A stretch of 63,222 bases of DNA, filler included, from Deltaproteobacteria bacterium (GTDB taxonomy: Bacteria; JACQOV01), in NCBI GenBank assembly GCA_016202395.1. It is 3 parts of 3 records of this genome, joined end to end, with 100 filler letters (N's around TTAATTAATTAA, not from the genome) between each part and the next. Parts side by side here need not be neighbours in the genome. Positions count along the whole stretch, not along the records: positions 1 to 26,003 come from JACQOV010000078.1; 2 more parts are not named here. One strand, given 5' to 3'. Both the position numbers and the translations under genes were made by a program. The notes beneath the pieces were generated by a model that searched no databases, was not told the origin of the DNA, and saw only the letters and a list, made by a program, of their open reading frames with translations. This document shows, one piece after another, positions 8,111 to 18,973 of the stretch. Numbering within the stretch: position 1 is the first letter of the stretch; every line of letters begins with the position of its first letter.

Positions 8111-10678
8111 ATGAAAAAGTTGATAACGGGAAGAAACGTTTTTAGATTGTTTTCTTTGGTTTTACCCTTAAGCTTGAGCTTAGGGCTTTCCGCATGCGGA
8201 GGCAACGATGAGGTTAATCCTGAGCCCTCCGCTCCCGCAGCAGACACCGATGGAGATGGCATTCTAGATCTGGAAGACAATTGCGTTAACACATCCAATA
8301 CCAATCAGTTAGATACCGATGGTGACGGTTTAGGAGACGTTTGTGATCCGGATCGAGATGGAGATGGGATTGTCAATGAAACAGATAATTGTGCCGATAC
8401 TCCTAACACGGACCAAACAGATTCCGATGCCAATGGTATTGGCAATGTGTGCGATAACGTTCCTCCCGCCGTGGACTCGGATGGCGATGATGTCTCCGAT
8501 GAACAGGATAATTGCCCCAACGATCCCAATTCTAACCAGGCCGATGCCGATGGCGACGGAATGGGTGATGTCTGTGACACCGACAAAGACGGGGATGGTG
8601 TTGCTAACGACATCGATAATTGCGCAGATCTTTCCAACAGCGATCAAATCGATTCCGATAATGATGGTTTAGGCGACGCCTGCGATGACGATGACGACAA
8701 CGACGGGATTGTCGATACTTCCGACAACTGTCCGTTTACAGCGAACAGTGATCAAACCGATTCCGATAGCGATGGAGTTGGTGATGTTTGTGACAATGAC
8801 TTCGACAACGACGGCATTGCGGATGACGACGATAATTGTCCTTCTACACCTAACAGCGATCAAACCGATGCCGATGGTGATGGCTTAGGGGATGCCTGCG
8901 ATGATGATCGGGACGGAGATGGCGTTGCCGATAGTGACGACAACTGCCCCGACGTCGCCAATGATCAGACCGATACCGATGGAGATGGCTTAGGGGATGC
9001 CTGTGATGATGATCGAGATGGCGATGGTGTTGCCGATAGTGATGACAACTGCCCCGACGTCGCCAACGATCAGACCGATACCGATGGAGATGGCTTAGGG
9101 GATGCCTGCGATGATGATCGGGACGGAGATGGTGTTGCCGATAGTGATGACAACTGCCCCGACGTCGCCAATGATCAGACCGATACCGATGGAGATGGCT
9201 TAGGGGATGCTTGCGATCCTGACGATGATGCTGATGGCGTTGAAGATTTGGCCGATAACTGCCCCACCGTTGCAAATGCGGATCAAGCCAACAACGATGG
9301 TGATGAAGAAGGGGATGCTTGTGACACTGATGATGATAACGATGGTGTCACGGATGCCTCTGACAACTGTCCGTTTACAGCGAACAGTGATCAGGTCGAC
9401 TCGGATGGAGATGGAATCGGTGATCCCTGCGATGGAGATCGGGACGGAGATGGTGTGGCCGATGAACTCGATAATTGCCCCACCCTTCCCAATGAGGATC
9501 AATCCGATGCGGACGGAGATGGTGTTGGAAATGTTTGCGACGACGATCGAGATGGAGACGGAGTTGCCGACGATACGGATAACTGCCCCGATGTCGTCAA
9601 CACCGATCAGACCGATACCGATGGAGATGGCTTAGGGGATCTTTGCGACGACGATCGGGACGGAGATGGTGTTGCCAATAGTGATGACAACTGCCCCGAT
9701 GTCGCCAACGATCAGACCGATACCGATGGAGATGGCTTAGGGGATGCCTGTGATGATGACGACGATGATGACACGGTGCTTGACGGAGACGATAACTGTC
9801 CGACCGTCAAAAATAAAAATCAAAAAGACAAGGACGGCGACGGTGTCGGAGATCGTTGCGACGATGATCTTGATGGAGATGGGGTTGCCAACGACATCGA
9901 CAACTGCTTGTACGTTCCTAATCCGAATCAAACCAACACCGATGTCGGATTCAGTGTGGGCATACCTACCTTCAACGGTGTTTACAAGGTCTTTGTCGGC
10001 ATAGATAGGACCCAAGGTCGAGGATCAATCGAGGATGCCAGAGAGGTTGCTCAACGTTTTCTCGGAGGAGCCGCCGATTTCGACCTCGATGACACGGAAA
10101 TCACTTTAGTCCCTCTAGGAACGGTGGACGGCGCCACAAAAGCCTCTATCAGAGTTCGTAGGACCCATGGTCTCGGCTCCATCGATGACGCTAAAGCTGT
10201 CGTAGCAAACATCATAAAAGACTTGGGGAATATTCACGTGGAAGACACTGACCATGGAATCACCCTTTTCCCCATTAAAACTTTTGACGGCATGGCTCAA
10301 GTGTTCGTTGGAATTGAGAGGATCCATGGCAGTGGTTCTATCGACGATGCAAAGACGGCAGCCGCCGAAATCTTCAACCGATTGGGAATAGGAAATCTTT
10401 CTGTGGATAGCAAAGGGACCGCAATGGTTCTCTTCTCTACGGCTTCAGAGCTTCCTTCCGTGAGTGACATCTTCGTCAGCAAAGAAGGGGATTCTAGAGG
10501 AGATGCTTGTGACGATGACGACGACAACGACGGCATCGCCGATGGTGAGGACAACTGCCCTCTCGTAGAAAATCCTTTCCAAGAAGATCAGGATGAAGAT
10601 GGAATCGGAGATGCCTGCGATACCGTGGTCAATGGCAAGCCTGCGAAGCCAGAAGTTTCGCTCGTCTCCTTCCCTTAG
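8111..10678 (+). CDS. Thrombospondin type-3 repeat lipoprotein (Ca-binding surface protein)
   Basis: Lipobox LSAC; many DxDGDGxxDxxDNCP..NxDQxDxDGDGxGDACD units; GGAGG RBS. Confidence 0.9.
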   Translation: MKKLITGRNVFRLFSLVLPLSLSLGLSACGGNDEVNPEPSAPAADTDGDGILDLEDNCVNTSNTNQLDTDGDGLGDVCDPDRDGDGIVNETDNCADTPNTDQTDSDANGIGNVCDNVPPAVDSDGDDVSDEQDNCPNDPNSNQADADGDGMGDVCDTDKDGDGVANDIDNCADLSNSDQIDSDNDGLGDACDDDDDNDGIVDTSDNCPFTANSDQTDSDSDGVGDVCDNDFDNDGIADDDDNCPSTPNSDQTDADGDGLGDACDDDRDGDGVADSDDNCPDVANDQTDTDGDGLGDACDDDRDGDGVADSDDNCPDVANDQTDTDGDGLGDACDDDRDGDGVADSDDNCPDVANDQTDTDGDGLGDACDPDDDADGVEDLADNCPTVANADQANNDGDEEGDACDTDDDNDGVTDASDNCPFTANSDQVDSDGDGIGDPCDGDRDGDGVADELDNCPTLPNEDQSDADGDGVGNVCDDDRDGDGVADDTDNCPDVVNTDQTDTDGDGLGDLCDDDRDGDGVANSDDNCPDVANDQTDTDGDGLGDACDDDDDDDTVLDGDDNCPTVKNKNQKDKDGDGVGDRCDDDLDGDGVANDIDNCLYVPNPNQTNTDVGFSVGIPTFNGVYKVFVGIDRTQGRGSIEDAREVAQRFLGGAADFDLDDTEITLVPLGTVDGATKASIRVRRTHGLGSIDDAKAVVANIIKDLGNIHVEDTDHGITLFPIKTFDGMAQVFVGIERIHGSGSIDDAKTAAAEIFNRLGIGNLSVDSKGTAMVLFSTASELPSVSDIFVSKEGDSRGDACDDDDDNDGIADGEDNCPLVENPFQEDQDEDGIGDACDTVVNGKPAKPEVSLVSFP
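8858..9217 (+). repeat. Near-identical 105-bp tandem repeat (~3.4 units; further copy at ~9605-9758)
   Basis: gatca(a/g)accgat unit starts at 8858, 8963, 9068, 9173, and again at 9605 and 9710. Confidence 0.9.
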
Positions 10679-10696
10679 CCAAAATTTAGACGAAGA

Positions 10697-11854
10697 TTAA
10701 TAGCGAGGCACCGAAGGATCGACATCGGCCGACCAAGCGTCGATTCCACCTTGAAGACTGCGAACATCTTTGAAGCCCAGCTTTTTAAGGATCTCAAGCC
10801 CTTTGAGGCTCCGCATCCCGTGGTGACAATGAGTGACGATCTGAGCATTTTTATGGAGCTCCTGCTCCGCCCTCATTGCCAATTGACTCAGTGGAATAAG
10901 CGTAGCTCCGGGAATCTTGCAGATCTCGTACTCATGCGGCTCACGAACATCGACCAGCACAAAGTTATTCCGCGGACTCTCCAAAAGCGCTTTTAACTCT
11001 TTAGCGGTAATCTCAACTCCACCGCTGGGCTCTGGCGCTGGAGCCTCTTGACCTCGTCCGATGCCACAGAATTCCTCATAGTCAATTAGTTTCGTGATCG
11101 TTCGGTTTTTTCCACAAATGGGGCAATTCGGGTCTTTCCGAAGCTTGAGCTCCCGAATCTCCATATCCAAAACATTCAACACCAAAAGTCGACCGATCAA
11201 CGGCTCCCCTTTGCCAAGGATTAGCTTAATCGCTTCGGCCGCTTGCAAAGTCCCAACAATACCGGGAAGTATTCCCAACACTCCTCCTTCGGCACAGCTC
11301 GGAACTAAACCGGGCGGAGGTGGCTCTGGATACAAACAACGATAACAAGGCCCTCGATGGGCGTCGAAAACCGAGACCTGCCCCTCAAAGCGAAAGATAC
11401 TCCCATAGACATTCGGTTTGCCTAACAAGACGCAAGCATCATTCACAAGATAGCGTGTCGCAAAATTATCGGTTCCATCAATGATAATATCGTAATTTTT
11501 GAAGATCTCCATCGCATTTTCAGACGTCAACCGTTCCTGATAGGTTTCGACCTTCACATCCGAGTTGATGGAGTTAATCCGCTCTTTGGCCGACTCCACC
11601 TTGGGGCGATTGAGATCGGCCTCTCGATGGATGATCTGACGCTGAAGATTGCTAAAATCGACCACATCGTGATCCACAATGCCGATACGCCCCACTCCCG
11701 CTGCCGCCAAATAAAGAGCCAGTGGCGAACCTAATCCTCCAGCGCCAATGGTTAAAACGGAGGCCGAAAGGAGTCTCTTCTGCCCCTCGGGGCCCACCTC
11801 CGGCATAATCAGATGCCGGCTATAGCGGGCGATTTGATCTTTAGTCAGTTCCAT
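10697..11854 (-). CDS. moeB: MoeB/ThiF adenylyltransferase with C-terminal rhodanese domain (MoeZ-type)
   Basis: RYSRH, GAGGLG, SNLQRQ, CYRC/CPIC zinc motifs, rhodanese CHHGMRS; start moved to MELTKDQ. Confidence 0.92.
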   Translation of the reverse strand: MELTKDQIARYSRHLIMPEVGPEGQKRLLSASVLTIGAGGLGSPLALYLAAAGVGRIGIVDHDVVDFSNLQRQIIHREADLNRPKVESAKERINSINSDVKVETYQERLTSENAMEIFKNYDIIIDGTDNFATRYLVNDACVLLGKPNVYGSIFRFEGQVSVFDAHRGPCYRCLYPEPPPPGLVPSCAEGGVLGILPGIVGTLQAAEAIKLILGKGEPLIGRLLVLNVLDMEIRELKLRKDPNCPICGKNRTITKLIDYEEFCGIGRGQEAPAPEPSGGVEITAKELKALLESPRNNFVLVDVREPHEYEICKIPGATLIPLSQLAMRAEQELHKNAQIVTHCHHGMRSLKGLEILKKLGFKDVRSLQGGIDAWSADVDPSVPRY

Positions 11855-11949
11855 GAAGGTTAATATAACGCCTCGCACCATCCCTGACAAGAGAGTATGC
11901 CCCCTCCATTTGCTCGAATTTCATGAACTGTGTTATGGTCATTATACCT

Positions 11950-12459
11950 ATGGGACATCAAGCCATTTCACGTAGACAGTTTTTAAAACGAATAGGAGTA
12001 GGAACTGCAAGTGTGAGCCTTGTTTCTCTCACCTTTCCAACAGGCTGCCACCCTTCCATGCAGGAGACACCTCCCCTTGAAGTCTTGAGCCCCACACAGT
12101 ATCGAACCATGGAGGCATTTGCGGAACGGTTCTTCCCTAAAGAAAGCCCCATCGGAATCTCGGCTCGCGAGGTCCACGTGACTCAAGGAGTAGATCGGGC
12201 CGCAAAACGACTCCCCGCACTCAAGCGTTGGATGATTGGAGCGGCTCTATGGCTCTTTGAAACGCTCCCACGGCTCACTTACGGAAAACGGTTTACTCAC
12301 CTCTCTTCGGAACAACAGTTGGAATACATGAAGAATTGGGAAGCAAGCACCTGGAGTCTTAAAAGAGGGGGATTCCTTATGATGAAAGGGGTGGTCTGCC
12401 TCGCTTACTACCGTCACCCCAAGGTGCGCGAGAGAATTGGCTTTTATAGAACTTGTTAA
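11950..12459 (+). CDS. Gluconate 2-dehydrogenase subunit 3-like protein, Tat-exported
   Basis: SRRQFLK twin-arginine signal; RFTxLS...YYxHP...IGF C-terminal pattern. Confidence 0.7.
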   Translation: MGHQAISRRQFLKRIGVGTASVSLVSLTFPTGCHPSMQETPPLEVLSPTQYRTMEAFAERFFPKESPIGISAREVHVTQGVDRAAKRLPALKRWMIGAALWLFETLPRLTYGKRFTHLSSEQQLEYMKNWEASTWSLKRGGFLMMKGVVCLAYYRHPKVRERIGFYRTC

Positions 12460-12476
12460 AAAATAGGAGAATCCCC

Positions 12477-13814
12477 ATGAGACTCGTGAAAAAAATCTCT
12501 CCTGCAATAGAAAATACGTCCATAGATCTCTTTGAAGACACCATCCAGAATCTAGACCTTGCCCTGAAATACGCCAACATCGATCCCGAAGCGGTGGAAA
12601 TTCTCAAACACCCCAAAGCGATCTTGCAAGTCTCTATTCCCGTTCGAATGGATGATGGAAGCCTTCATGTTTTCGAAGGCTACCGTGTGCAACACAACGA
12701 CACGCGGGGCCCCACCAAGGGAGGGATCCGCTATCATCCTAATGTGAACCTGAGCGAAATCAAAGCGCTCGCTTTTTGGATGACTTGCAAATGCGCTGTG
12801 ACAGGACTCCCTTTCGGCGGAGCCAAAGGGGGAGTAATTGTCAGCCCAAAAGATCTCTCTCTTTTAGAACTGGAAAGATTGAGCCGAGGATTTATTCATG
12901 AGATTGCCGACTTTATCGGCCCTGAGATCGACATTCCGGCCCCCGATGTTTACACCAACGCCATGATCATGGGTTGGATGATGGATGAATATTCCAAAAT
13001 TCGCCGGCAAAGGGTCCCTGCTGTGATTACAGGGAAGCCTATCCCGCTGGGAGGAAGTCTCGGCCGCGATGAAGCAACGGGGCGCGGGGTTTACTACTGT
13101 GTCAAGGAACTCGAGAAAATTCGGAAGTGGAACCCTCAAAAGATTCGAGTGGCGGTTCAGGGGTTCGGCAATGTAGGGCAAGCGGTGGCTAAACTTCTCC
13201 ATGCGGATGGCTATAAGATTGTCGCTGTGAGCGACTCTAAAGGAGGAATCTATAGTGACAAAGGGTTTGATATCCCAAGCCTCCTCTATTCCAAAAACGA
13301 AACTCGCCAACTCAAAGCAATCTATTGCAAAGGAACGGTGTGTGAAATGGTCGATGCGGATTTCATTTCCAATGAACAACTTTTAGAGCTCGATGTGGAT
13401 TTATTGATCCCCGCCGCCTTAGAAAACCAGATCACCCTCAGAAATGTGAACCAGATTCAAGCTCCTGTCATTATTGAAGCTGCCAATGGGCCTATCTCCA
13501 GCGACGCTTTCGAGATCCTTTACAAGAAAGGAACCCTCACCGTTCCCGATATTTTGGCCAACGCTGGAGGAGTGACCGTCAGCTACTTCGAATGGGTGCA
13601 AAATAAAACCGGCTACTACTGGCCTTTGGAAGAGATTCACCAAAAACTCCAAACCATTATGGGGCGTGAGTTTCACGCCGTTTATCGATTAAAGGAAGAA
13701 AAGCAGATCGACATGAGAATCGCTGCCTACACTCATGCCTTAACCCGCATTGGTGAGGCGATTGAATCTCAAGGGACGCAGAAATACTTTTCACGCGGGA
13801 TGCTCCAACAATGA
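12477..13814 (+). CDS. gdhA: Glu/Leu/Phe/Val dehydrogenase (glutamate dehydrogenase)
   Basis: [46 protein letters not shown]. Confidence 0.92.
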   Translation: MRLVKKISPAIENTSIDLFEDTIQNLDLALKYANIDPEAVEILKHPKAILQVSIPVRMDDGSLHVFEGYRVQHNDTRGPTKGGIRYHPNVNLSEIKALAFWMTCKCAVTGLPFGGAKGGVIVSPKDLSLLELERLSRGFIHEIADFIGPEIDIPAPDVYTNAMIMGWMMDEYSKIRRQRVPAVITGKPIPLGGSLGRDEATGRGVYYCVKELEKIRKWNPQKIRVAVQGFGNVGQAVAKLLHADGYKIVAVSDSKGGIYSDKGFDIPSLLYSKNETRQLKAIYCKGTVCEMVDADFISNEQLLELDVDLLIPAALENQITLRNVNQIQAPVIIEAANGPISSDAFEILYKKGTLTVPDILANAGGVTVSYFEWVQNKTGYYWPLEEIHQKLQTIMGREFHAVYRLKEEKQIDMRIAAYTHALTRIGEAIESQGTQKYFSRGMLQQ

Positions 13815-15316
13815 TTTTTAAAGCCAGTGATATCCAGTCCGACCGGAAAGAGACAGCCGATGTTTGCGTCATAGGCTCAGGGGCGGGAGGCGCGGTCGTC
13901 GCCAAAGAAGTCGCCCTCGCGGGACGTTCTGTCATTGTTTTTGAAGAAGGCCCCTACGTTCAAACCCACGAGTTCACGCAAGACCAACTCACCGCGGCGG
14001 AACGATACTACCAAGAAGGAGGAACACTCGGTGTTATCGATCGAGCCTTTATCACCATTATCCAAGGAAAATGTTTGGGCGGTTCCACTACGGTAAATTC
14101 TGGGATCTGTTTTAGACTCCCCGATCGAAAAAGGACCGAGTGGATCGAGCAGTTCGGCTGGAAGGAACTTGCGGATTCCAAGTGGGATCGCGCCATGGAA
14201 ACTCTGGAAAAAGATCTCTCCATTCAACCGAGCCTGCCGTTTGCGCTCGGGAAGAATAATCTTCTCTTCGAAAAAGGGGCAAAGGCCTTGGGCATGAACC
14301 CTAAGCTGATTCGGCGAAACGCCAAAGGCTGCATCGGTTGTGGTGTGTGTCACACCGGCTGCCCAAGCGGCGCTAAGATGAGCATGGAAAAAACCTATAT
14401 TCCGCTTGCCTCCGAAAAAGGGGCCTCCGTTTACACCGAATGCCGCGCGGAAGAGATTTTGGTGGAAAATGGGATTGCGAAAGGGATTCGCGCCAGCGTT
14501 CTCGATTCAAAAACAAAGCAACCCATTCATACCGTGGAGGTTCGCTCCAAAGTGACCGTGCTCGCAGGGAGCGCGGTGGGAACTCCGATGCTTCTCAAAA
14601 AAAACAGGCTCCTGAAAAGCAAACAGGTCGGAGAGAATCTTCATCTTCACCCCGCCGTTGGAACCATTGGGATCTATGAGGAGCCCGTTCACCTTTGGAA
14701 AGGGGTTCCCCAAGGAGCCGAGGTTTCTGACTTTTATGGCGAGGGGATTGTTCTAGAAACGGCAACGGTTGCCCCCGAGATCATGGCCTTGCAGATCCCT
14801 TTTATCGGTGTCCCCCACACCGAGTTGATGCAACAGCTCCCCAACATGGCGAGCTGGGGAGGGCTCGTGGAAGATTCGAGCCGTGGATTTGTTCGCGTGG
14901 GCCCGGATGGACGCCCCTTTCTGGGCTATCGTCTGAATGAGATCGATATCGCCCGATTAAAAAGAATTATTAAAATGACCTCCGACATTCACTTCGCCGC
15001 TGGAGCCCGAAAGGTGTTAAGTAATCTGCCTGGACTCGAGGTGATCGAGAACGCTAAAGATACTGAAAAGATTATCCGTCATCCCGTTGCGGGGAATCAG
15101 CTGGTGCTTGTGGGAAACCATCCTCAAGGAACCTGTCGAATGGGGACCGATCCCCACACCTCGGTTGTTGGAACCACGTGCGAAACCCATGAGGTGAAAA
15201 ACCTCTTTATCTGCGATGGAAGCGTGATGCCATCGGCCGTGAGCGTCAATCCTCAAATCACGATCATGGGCGTTGCCATGCAAACGGCGGGCCACATTCT
15301 TTCCCGTTTTTCGTAG
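13811..15316 (+). CDS. GMC family FAD oxidoreductase
   Basis: [14 protein letters not shown], CxGCGxCxxGC, [26 protein letters not shown]. Confidence 0.92.
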   Translation: MIFKASDIQSDRKETADVCVIGSGAGGAVVAKEVALAGRSVIVFEEGPYVQTHEFTQDQLTAAERYYQEGGTLGVIDRAFITIIQGKCLGGSTTVNSGICFRLPDRKRTEWIEQFGWKELADSKWDRAMETLEKDLSIQPSLPFALGKNNLLFEKGAKALGMNPKLIRRNAKGCIGCGVCHTGCPSGAKMSMEKTYIPLASEKGASVYTECRAEEILVENGIAKGIRASVLDSKTKQPIHTVEVRSKVTVLAGSAVGTPMLLKKNRLLKSKQVGENLHLHPAVGTIGIYEEPVHLWKGVPQGAEVSDFYGEGIVLETATVAPEIMALQIPFIGVPHTELMQQLPNMASWGGLVEDSSRGFVRVGPDGRPFLGYRLNEIDIARLKRIIKMTSDIHFAAGARKVLSNLPGLEVIENAKDTEKIIRHPVAGNQLVLVGNHPQGTCRMGTDPHTSVVGTTCETHEVKNLFICDGSVMPSAVSVNPQITIMGVAMQTAGHILSRFS

Positions 15317-15353
15317 ATTGATAACCCCCTCTATCTCCCTCTTACGAATCCAC

Positions 15354-16478
15354 TTAAAATTTAAAGTTCATATCGATTTCAAGTCTCTCATAATCTTTCT
15401 CATTTTGCCCAGGCGCGATATTCTTCTCAGCATCGATATAGGCGATCGCTGGCGTGACGTTTTTCGTTACGTCATAAGAGAGCGAAAATTTATGCCCTTT
15501 TCCGTTGGTCCCCCCTCCAATGAAATCGGAATCACTAAAAGCCCCTACGACGGCATCTGTTTCGATCCTGCGGTAGTTGTATCCGAACTTCCATTTCCGT
15601 TCCGCAAGAAGACCGCTCAGATTCAATCCCAGCATCCACGCTTCGTTATTGATGTCTCGATCCTGGTTCGTCACGAAGTCATAGAAGAGGGCCGTGTCGA
15701 TCCCCCCTAATGGATACCCCAACTCTAAGAATGCCTCTAATAAATTGTAATCGAAGCTGTAAAGAAGGGTTGTACCACTCGTCGTCGTTGTGTTCCCAAA
15801 CGATTTCGTCGCATCCACACCGAAGATAGGCTTATTCTGCGCGTTCGCATAATCGAAGTAGCTGAGCCCCGCAAGAACATAGGCCTTGTCCGGAATCACC
15901 TTGGCCTTTGCCCCTCCTTGAAAAGCCCACAGAGCGGAGTCAGCATCGGCAGCATTCTCCTGGATCGAGAATCCAGAGAGTTTCAAGAAGGGCTCTATCA
16001 TCCCGTAGCGCGTGTAACCCACCGTTAATCCCTCTGGATTAAGATCAAAATCCCAGATCAGATCGGAACTCGAAAGAGTGATCATCGGATTTCTAATCTT
16101 TCCGCCGGAAACCCGAAACCCTTCCAAAACCCCTGGACGATAATCGAAGTAGGCCAAATCGATCCGAACCGTCTTTCCTGAAAAGGAGCCTGTTAAAGTT
16201 TGGTTCGTAGAAACCGGATCCTGATTCGCCTCACCACTGGCGAACTGTATTCCTACCTCCAGTTCCTCTGACAATGTGCCGAGGATCCCTAATCGAGCTC
16301 GATACCTCTCGCGATCCCGTTGAGCCTTATCTTGCTCAGCGATCATCTCATGCCGAAGGCGAAAATCCCCTTTGATCTTTAATTTATCGGCCCAAGACTC
16401 GGCTTGCGCCGTCCCTTGGCTCAACAACCCACATACAGCAAGAAATAAGCCTGCGCGTTTCATTGTCTTCTTGTCCAC
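15354..16478 (-). CDS. Putative outer-membrane porin
   Basis: Signal peptide (AQA); KGDFRLRHE, RxRxRARLG, DPVSTNQT, WDxDLNPEG motifs; terminal Phe; GTG start after AGGAG. Confidence 0.8.
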   Translation of the reverse strand: MDKKTMKRAGLFLAVCGLLSQGTAQAESWADKLKIKGDFRLRHEMIAEQDKAQRDRERYRARLGILGTLSEELEVGIQFASGEANQDPVSTNQTLTGSFSGKTVRIDLAYFDYRPGVLEGFRVSGGKIRNPMITLSSSDLIWDFDLNPEGLTVGYTRYGMIEPFLKLSGFSIQENAADADSALWAFQGGAKAKVIPDKAYVLAGLSYFDYANAQNKPIFGVDATKSFGNTTTTSGTTLLYSFDYNLLEAFLELGYPLGGIDTALFYDFVTNQDRDINNEAWMLGLNLSGLLAERKWKFGYNYRRIETDAVVGAFSDSDFIGGGTNGKGHKFSLSYDVTKNVTPAIAYIDAEKNIAPGQNEKDYERLEIDMNFKF

Positions 16479-16491
16479 AATTATTCTCCTT

Positions 16492-17820
16492 TTAAGCGAC
16501 CCATTCTCGAACAAGATCGTAAAACAGATGAACTCCCCACAGAAACGAATCGACGGGGATCCGCTCGTTGTGCCCGTGGTAAAGATCCGAGAAAACAAGA
16601 TCGGGTGGAAGTTTCATCGGCATGAAACCGTAAGTTGTGACGCCGATCTCAGACAAGGGCTTGGCATCGGTGTAGCCTACCGTCAAATAAGGAACCAGCG
16701 TCCCTTGAGGATCGTACTTTTGAATCATTCGAGTCACGAGATCCACAAAAGGACCCGAAGAAGAGAAAGTGAGAGGAGGCCCCTGCCGGATCACCTCAAA
16801 CTCGATTCCATCTCCTACTATTTTTTTAAGTTCTTGCAGAAATTGAGAGTGGGTTGTTCCAGGAAGTGTGCGCCCATCGAGATAAGCCTCGGCTTTCGAG
16901 GGGATTACGTTAATCTTCGATCCCGCTTCCAGCATTGTTGGAGTCGCTGTATTGTGAAGGGCCGCTAAAAAGAACTTTTTTCGCTCCGCCGGGAGCCATC
17001 GACGGATGACTTCGCTGGTCGCCGGTTTTAAAAGCCCGTGAATCAGAATAGACAACGGAAAAGGAAGAAACCTCGACATGTCTTTAATAAAACTTCGAAC
17101 AGGCGCAGTCACATGGAGTGGGAGCGGATTCCGATCGATCTTGTCAATGGCGCGAGCTAAGCGAGCCACCGCATTCTCTTCATGAGGCATGGAGCCATGT
17201 CCTGGCTTCCCTTTAGCCCTCATCTTGAGCCAGGCAACCCCTTTCTCCGCAACCTGCAAGGTGTAGATCCGCCTCTTTCCCATGGTAATGCTAAATCCGC
17301 CCACTTCGTTGAGCGCGTACTCCGCCCGAACGAGCTCAGGCCGATTCTCACAGATCCACTTCATCCCCCAGTCCATCCCTGCCTCCTCATCGGCAACCGC
17401 AGCCAAGATCACATCTCGCTTGAGTTTTGCGCCACTCCTCTTGAGCTGAAGAAAGGCCATCAATTCAAAAACCGTCATGCTCTTCATATCGACCGCTCCT
17501 CGCCCCCAGACACACCCCTCTTGAATCTCGCCACCGAAAGGATCATAGCGCCATTCGGAACGCTCGACCGGAACCACATCCAGATGAGAGGTTAGAAGAA
17601 GGGGGGGAAGAGAGCCATCTCCTTGAAGTCGAGCCACAATACTTCCACGGTTTGGCTGGGGTTCCAGGATTTCATAGGGAATTCCTTCTCGATCCAAAAG
17701 GGAGGCCAGATAATGGACTGCCTCCATCTCATTGCCAGGAGGGTTTGTGGTATTGACGCGAAGGAGGGCGCGAAAATGTCCTAGAGCCTCTTTTTCAAAA
17801 ACCTCTTGGCCTAATGACAT
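16492..17820 (-). CDS. M20/M25/M40 family metallopeptidase
   Basis: HLDVV, WGRGAVDMK, DEE, GHGS, HGHNERI. Confidence 0.92.
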   Translation of the reverse strand: MSLGQEVFEKEALGHFRALLRVNTTNPPGNEMEAVHYLASLLDREGIPYEILEPQPNRGSIVARLQGDGSLPPLLLTSHLDVVPVERSEWRYDPFGGEIQEGCVWGRGAVDMKSMTVFELMAFLQLKRSGAKLKRDVILAAVADEEAGMDWGMKWICENRPELVRAEYALNEVGGFSITMGKRRIYTLQVAEKGVAWLKMRAKGKPGHGSMPHEENAVARLARAIDKIDRNPLPLHVTAPVRSFIKDMSRFLPFPLSILIHGLLKPATSEVIRRWLPAERKKFFLAALHNTATPTMLEAGSKINVIPSKAEAYLDGRTLPGTTHSQFLQELKKIVGDGIEFEVIRQGPPLTFSSSGPFVDLVTRMIQKYDPQGTLVPYLTVGYTDAKPLSEIGVTTYGFMPMKLPPDLVFSDLYHGHNERIPVDSFLWGVHLFYDLVREWVA

Positions 17821-17888
17821 GGCCCGATAGTATCTGATTCAAAAACCTTTGACAATTGACACCGATCTATGCCATGGTGAAAAAGGCC

Positions 17889-18917
17889 ATGACACACCTT
17901 TTGCGGTTTGCCTTCATTCTTCTCTTGCTCTCCACGAATCTGCTGGCAGAACCTAGCCGCAGTTCTAAGTACGTCATAAAGATTGCCACTCTAGCGCCAG
18001 AGGGATCGAGTTGGCTTCAAGTCTGGACCCGCATGCGTCAGGAAATCGAAGAAAAAACCGAGGGCCAAATCACAAGCCAGATGTATGCCGGAGGGGTGAT
18101 GGGGGATGATCCCGACATGGTGCGCAAACTGCGCCTGGGCCAACTCGACGTGGTGGCTGTCACCTCGCTAGGAGCAAAACTTCTGGTGCAGGAACTGGCC
18201 GTGTTCGATCTCCCCTTCCTCTTTGAAGACTGGGAGGAAGCGGAGTACGTGCGAAATCAACTCCGTCCTGAATTCGAGAAGCGCTTTGAAGAAAAAGGGC
18301 TTTATTTGATCGACTGGGTTCATCAAGGCTTCGTTCACATTAACAGTCAGATGCCGATTCGAACTCCGGAGAAACTGAGCCGGCAGAAGGTTTGGGCATG
18401 GGCAGGAGAGGAGGTTTCCATTGCAACTTTGGAAGCTCTGGGAGTTAAACCGATTACAACCCCTGTTCCCGAAGCCCTTTCCGCTCTTCAAACAGGACTG
18501 GTTACCGTTATTCCGACAGGAGTTCTTCCCCTCTTAGCTCTGCAGTGGTTTAACGAGGTAAACTATATCACCCCTCTGAACATGCGTTATGAATTGGCGG
18601 TTGTAGCCGCAAACAAAAAGAATTGGGATCAGATCGAGCCGGATAGTGTCCGTGTGATAAACCAGACCTTCGCCAATCATCGTGGGGAAATCTCAACCCA
18701 GGTTCAAAAAGACAGCGACATCGCGTTGGAAGAGATGTTTCGACAAGGAATAAAAAAAATAGAGTTAACTCCCTCCGAGCGAGAGGTTTTCGCGCAAAAA
18801 ACGAGACCGGTGTGGGACCAATTCGCGGGGAAACTCTATCCACGCTCCCTCCTCGATCGCGTGCTGGAGGAAAGAGAGATCTACCGGGAAAAAAAGCAAT
18901 CTCTTTCAACACGTTGA
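17889..18917 (+). CDS. TRAP transporter substrate-binding protein (DctP family)
   Basis: Signal peptide; IKIATLAPEGS, GGVMGD, LRLGQLD, LPFLF, SALQTG. Confidence 0.85.
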   Translation: MTHLLRFAFILLLLSTNLLAEPSRSSKYVIKIATLAPEGSSWLQVWTRMRQEIEEKTEGQITSQMYAGGVMGDDPDMVRKLRLGQLDVVAVTSLGAKLLVQELAVFDLPFLFEDWEEAEYVRNQLRPEFEKRFEEKGLYLIDWVHQGFVHINSQMPIRTPEKLSRQKVWAWAGEEVSIATLEALGVKPITTPVPEALSALQTGLVTVIPTGVLPLLALQWFNEVNYITPLNMRYELAVVAANKKNWDQIEPDSVRVINQTFANHRGEISTQVQKDSDIALEEMFRQGIKKIELTPSEREVFAQKTRPVWDQFAGKLYPRSLLDRVLEEREIYREKKQSLSTR

Positions 18918-18973
18918 CGCGACTTTTTCTGTTGCTTCTTGACAAAAATGGCGCACCGTGTTAATGAATAGCC

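Noticed and set aside
8858-9758. Regular repeats resembling a CRISPR array
   Set aside because: In-frame 105-bp coding repeats with no unique spacers and no cas genes.
9944-10486. Insert in the TSP3 protein as an intein
   Set aside because: No N-terminal Cys/Ser and no C-terminal His-Asn splicing motif.
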